DNA of 64,000 nucleotides from Octopus sinensis. Taxonomy: Eukaryota. The stretch covers positions 1,984,001-2,048,000 of the forward strand of contig NC_043019.1 in NCBI RefSeq assembly GCF_006345805.1, given 5' to 3'. Under the pieces are notes generated by a model. It was not told the origin of the DNA and did no database searches. It saw only the letters and a list, made by a program, of their open reading frames with translations. Both the position numbers and the translations under genes were made by a program. Positions 62,809 to 64,000 of the stretch are shown here, one piece after another. How positions within the stretch are numbered: the stretch's first letter is position 1; every line of letters starts with the position of its first letter.

Positions 62809-64000
62809 ATAAAAAGAACAAACAAAAAAATTAACAAACTAAAGTACTGCCAACAGCAACACACACATTCGACGGCTATCGCACTGCTTGAATCCAAAAA
62901 ATATAACCTCCAACAATGCATGAAGACCCTCATCAATAACCAAAGATCAGCTGAGGAGAAGTGGGCCATTGAAAAAATCAAACTCAACCCCAAAGTGTTC
63001 TTTTCATTTGCGAGGAAACGCAGGGTCACTGTCTCCACTGTAGGCCCTCTAATTGACGAAACTGGCACTCTCCAAGATAATGCCAAATCCATGGCCGAGA
63101 TACTGCAGAAACAATACTGCTCTGTTTTCAGCAATCCTGATATGGCCGATCTGGGCTGTATCAGTGATGTCAACCCCCAACACACTATATCGGACATAAC
63201 GTTTAGTGCCCCTGATGTCTTAGCGGCGATAAACGAAATAAAACACAATTCAGCAGTAGGCCCCGATAGGTTCCCTGCTTGTGTCCTGAAGGTGTGTCGA
63301 CACCAACTTGCATCTCCCCTTGCTAATCTGTGGAGAAACTCACTGGATGCTGGCTATTTTCCAAAAAACCTTCTGTCCCAGTCTGTTGTCCCAGTTTTCA
63401 AAAAGGGAAACAAGTCCCTTGCAGTGAATTACCGTCCGATCTCACTCACCTCTCATATCATCAAGGTATTTGAGAGGGTGGTGAGATCTCGAATAACCCA
63501 ATTTCTGGAAGGCAACAGACGGCTGATCTCCAACCAACATGGGTTCCGTAATGGAAGAGACTGCCTAACGCAGCTCCTGCATCACTTTGAGGACATTTTG
63601 AGAGCTTTGGGAGAGGGCTCCAACACCGATGTCATCTACCTTGATTTCAGTAAGGCCTTCGACAGGGTCGATCACAAGATCCTATTGAAAAAACTATCCA
63701 ACATTGGTGTCTCTGGAAAGTTATTGAAATGGATCAAGTGTTTCCTGACAGACAGATCTCAACATGTTGTAGTTGAAGGGGTAAAATCAAGCCCAGCCAA
63801 AGTCAGTAGTGGCGTTCCGCAAGGCACTGTGCTGGGCCCACTTCTTTTCATCATTTACATTAATGACATTAATGACATTAATGACATCATCAAGCACAGC
63901 AACATAAAAATCTTTGCAGATGACTCCAAGCTACAGAAGGTCATAAATGAGGCGAGTGACCGGACATGCCTTCAGTCAGATCTACTGGCTGTTATCCAAT
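62809..64000 (+). CDS. ORF2 reverse transcriptase (open frame to the window end; partial)
   Basis: AVGPD, NYRPISLTS, QHGFR, YLDFSKAFDRVDH, SGVPQGTVLGPLLF, IFADD motifs; no stop seen in this frame. Confidence 0.9.
   Translation, partial: MKRTNKKINKLKYCQQQHTHSTAIALLESKKYNLQQCMKTLINNQRSAEEKWAIEKIKLNPKVFFSFARKRRVTVSTVGPLIDETGTLQDNAKSMAEILQKQYCSVFSNPDMADLGCISDVNPQHTISDITFSAPDVLAAINEIKHNSAVGPDRFPACVLKVCRHQLASPLANLWRNSLDAGYFPKNLLSQSVVPVFKKGNKSLAVNYRPISLTSHIIKVFERVVRSRITQFLEGNRRLISNQHGFRNGRDCLTQLLHHFEDILRALGEGSNTDVIYLDFSKAFDRVDHKILLKKLSNIGVSGKLLKWIKCFLTDRSQHVVVEGVKSSPAKVSSGVPQGTVLGPLLFIIYINDINDINDIIKHSNIKIFADDSKLQKVINEASDRTCLQSDLLAVIQ

Larger units (their letters stand above)
60590..64000 (+). mobile_element. 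CR1-group (CR1/L2-like) LINE, running off the window end; 5' boundary approximate
   Basis: ORF1 remnant with a CCCH finger, APE N-terminus and RT domain. Confidence 0.88.

Overview
Eukaryotic, AT-rich, repeat-dominated window with no recognisable host protein-coding gene. The SINE families and the dense (TA)n/(TG)n/(GATA)n microsatellites point to an octopus (coleoid cephalopod) genome; this is inference from recalled SINE sequences. Contents: (1) an apparently full-length Tx1/L1-type LINE (3010-9100, minus; ORF1 with CCHC knuckle, ORF2 APE-RT-zinc finger) and a 5'-truncated copy (42317-43963), both with (GATA)n/(TATC)n at both junctions, which suggests a microsatellite-targeting retrotransposon; (2) a ~5.2 kb foldback element (44549-49760) with ~1.6 kb inverted arms, each carrying a minimal type I hammerhead ribozyme near its outer end; (3) several more intact-to-degenerate hammerhead motifs with palindromic stem III and two GIY-YIG remnants, i.e. 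a Penelope-like element landscape; (4) a CR1-group LINE running off the right end; (5) two decayed Gypsy gag fragments with tRNA-Ser PBS, and a solo LTR; (6) an ORF1-only relic related to the Tx1 ORF1; (7) many tRNA-derived SINEs of at least four families, including TSD-enclosed multimers and tail-swapped chimeras; (8) three MITEs and a SINE-derived 36-bp minisatellite. Many single-base frameshifts in otherwise well-preserved ORFs may be long-read consensus errors. All alignments and folds were done by eye, so boundaries marked approximate may be off by tens of bases.
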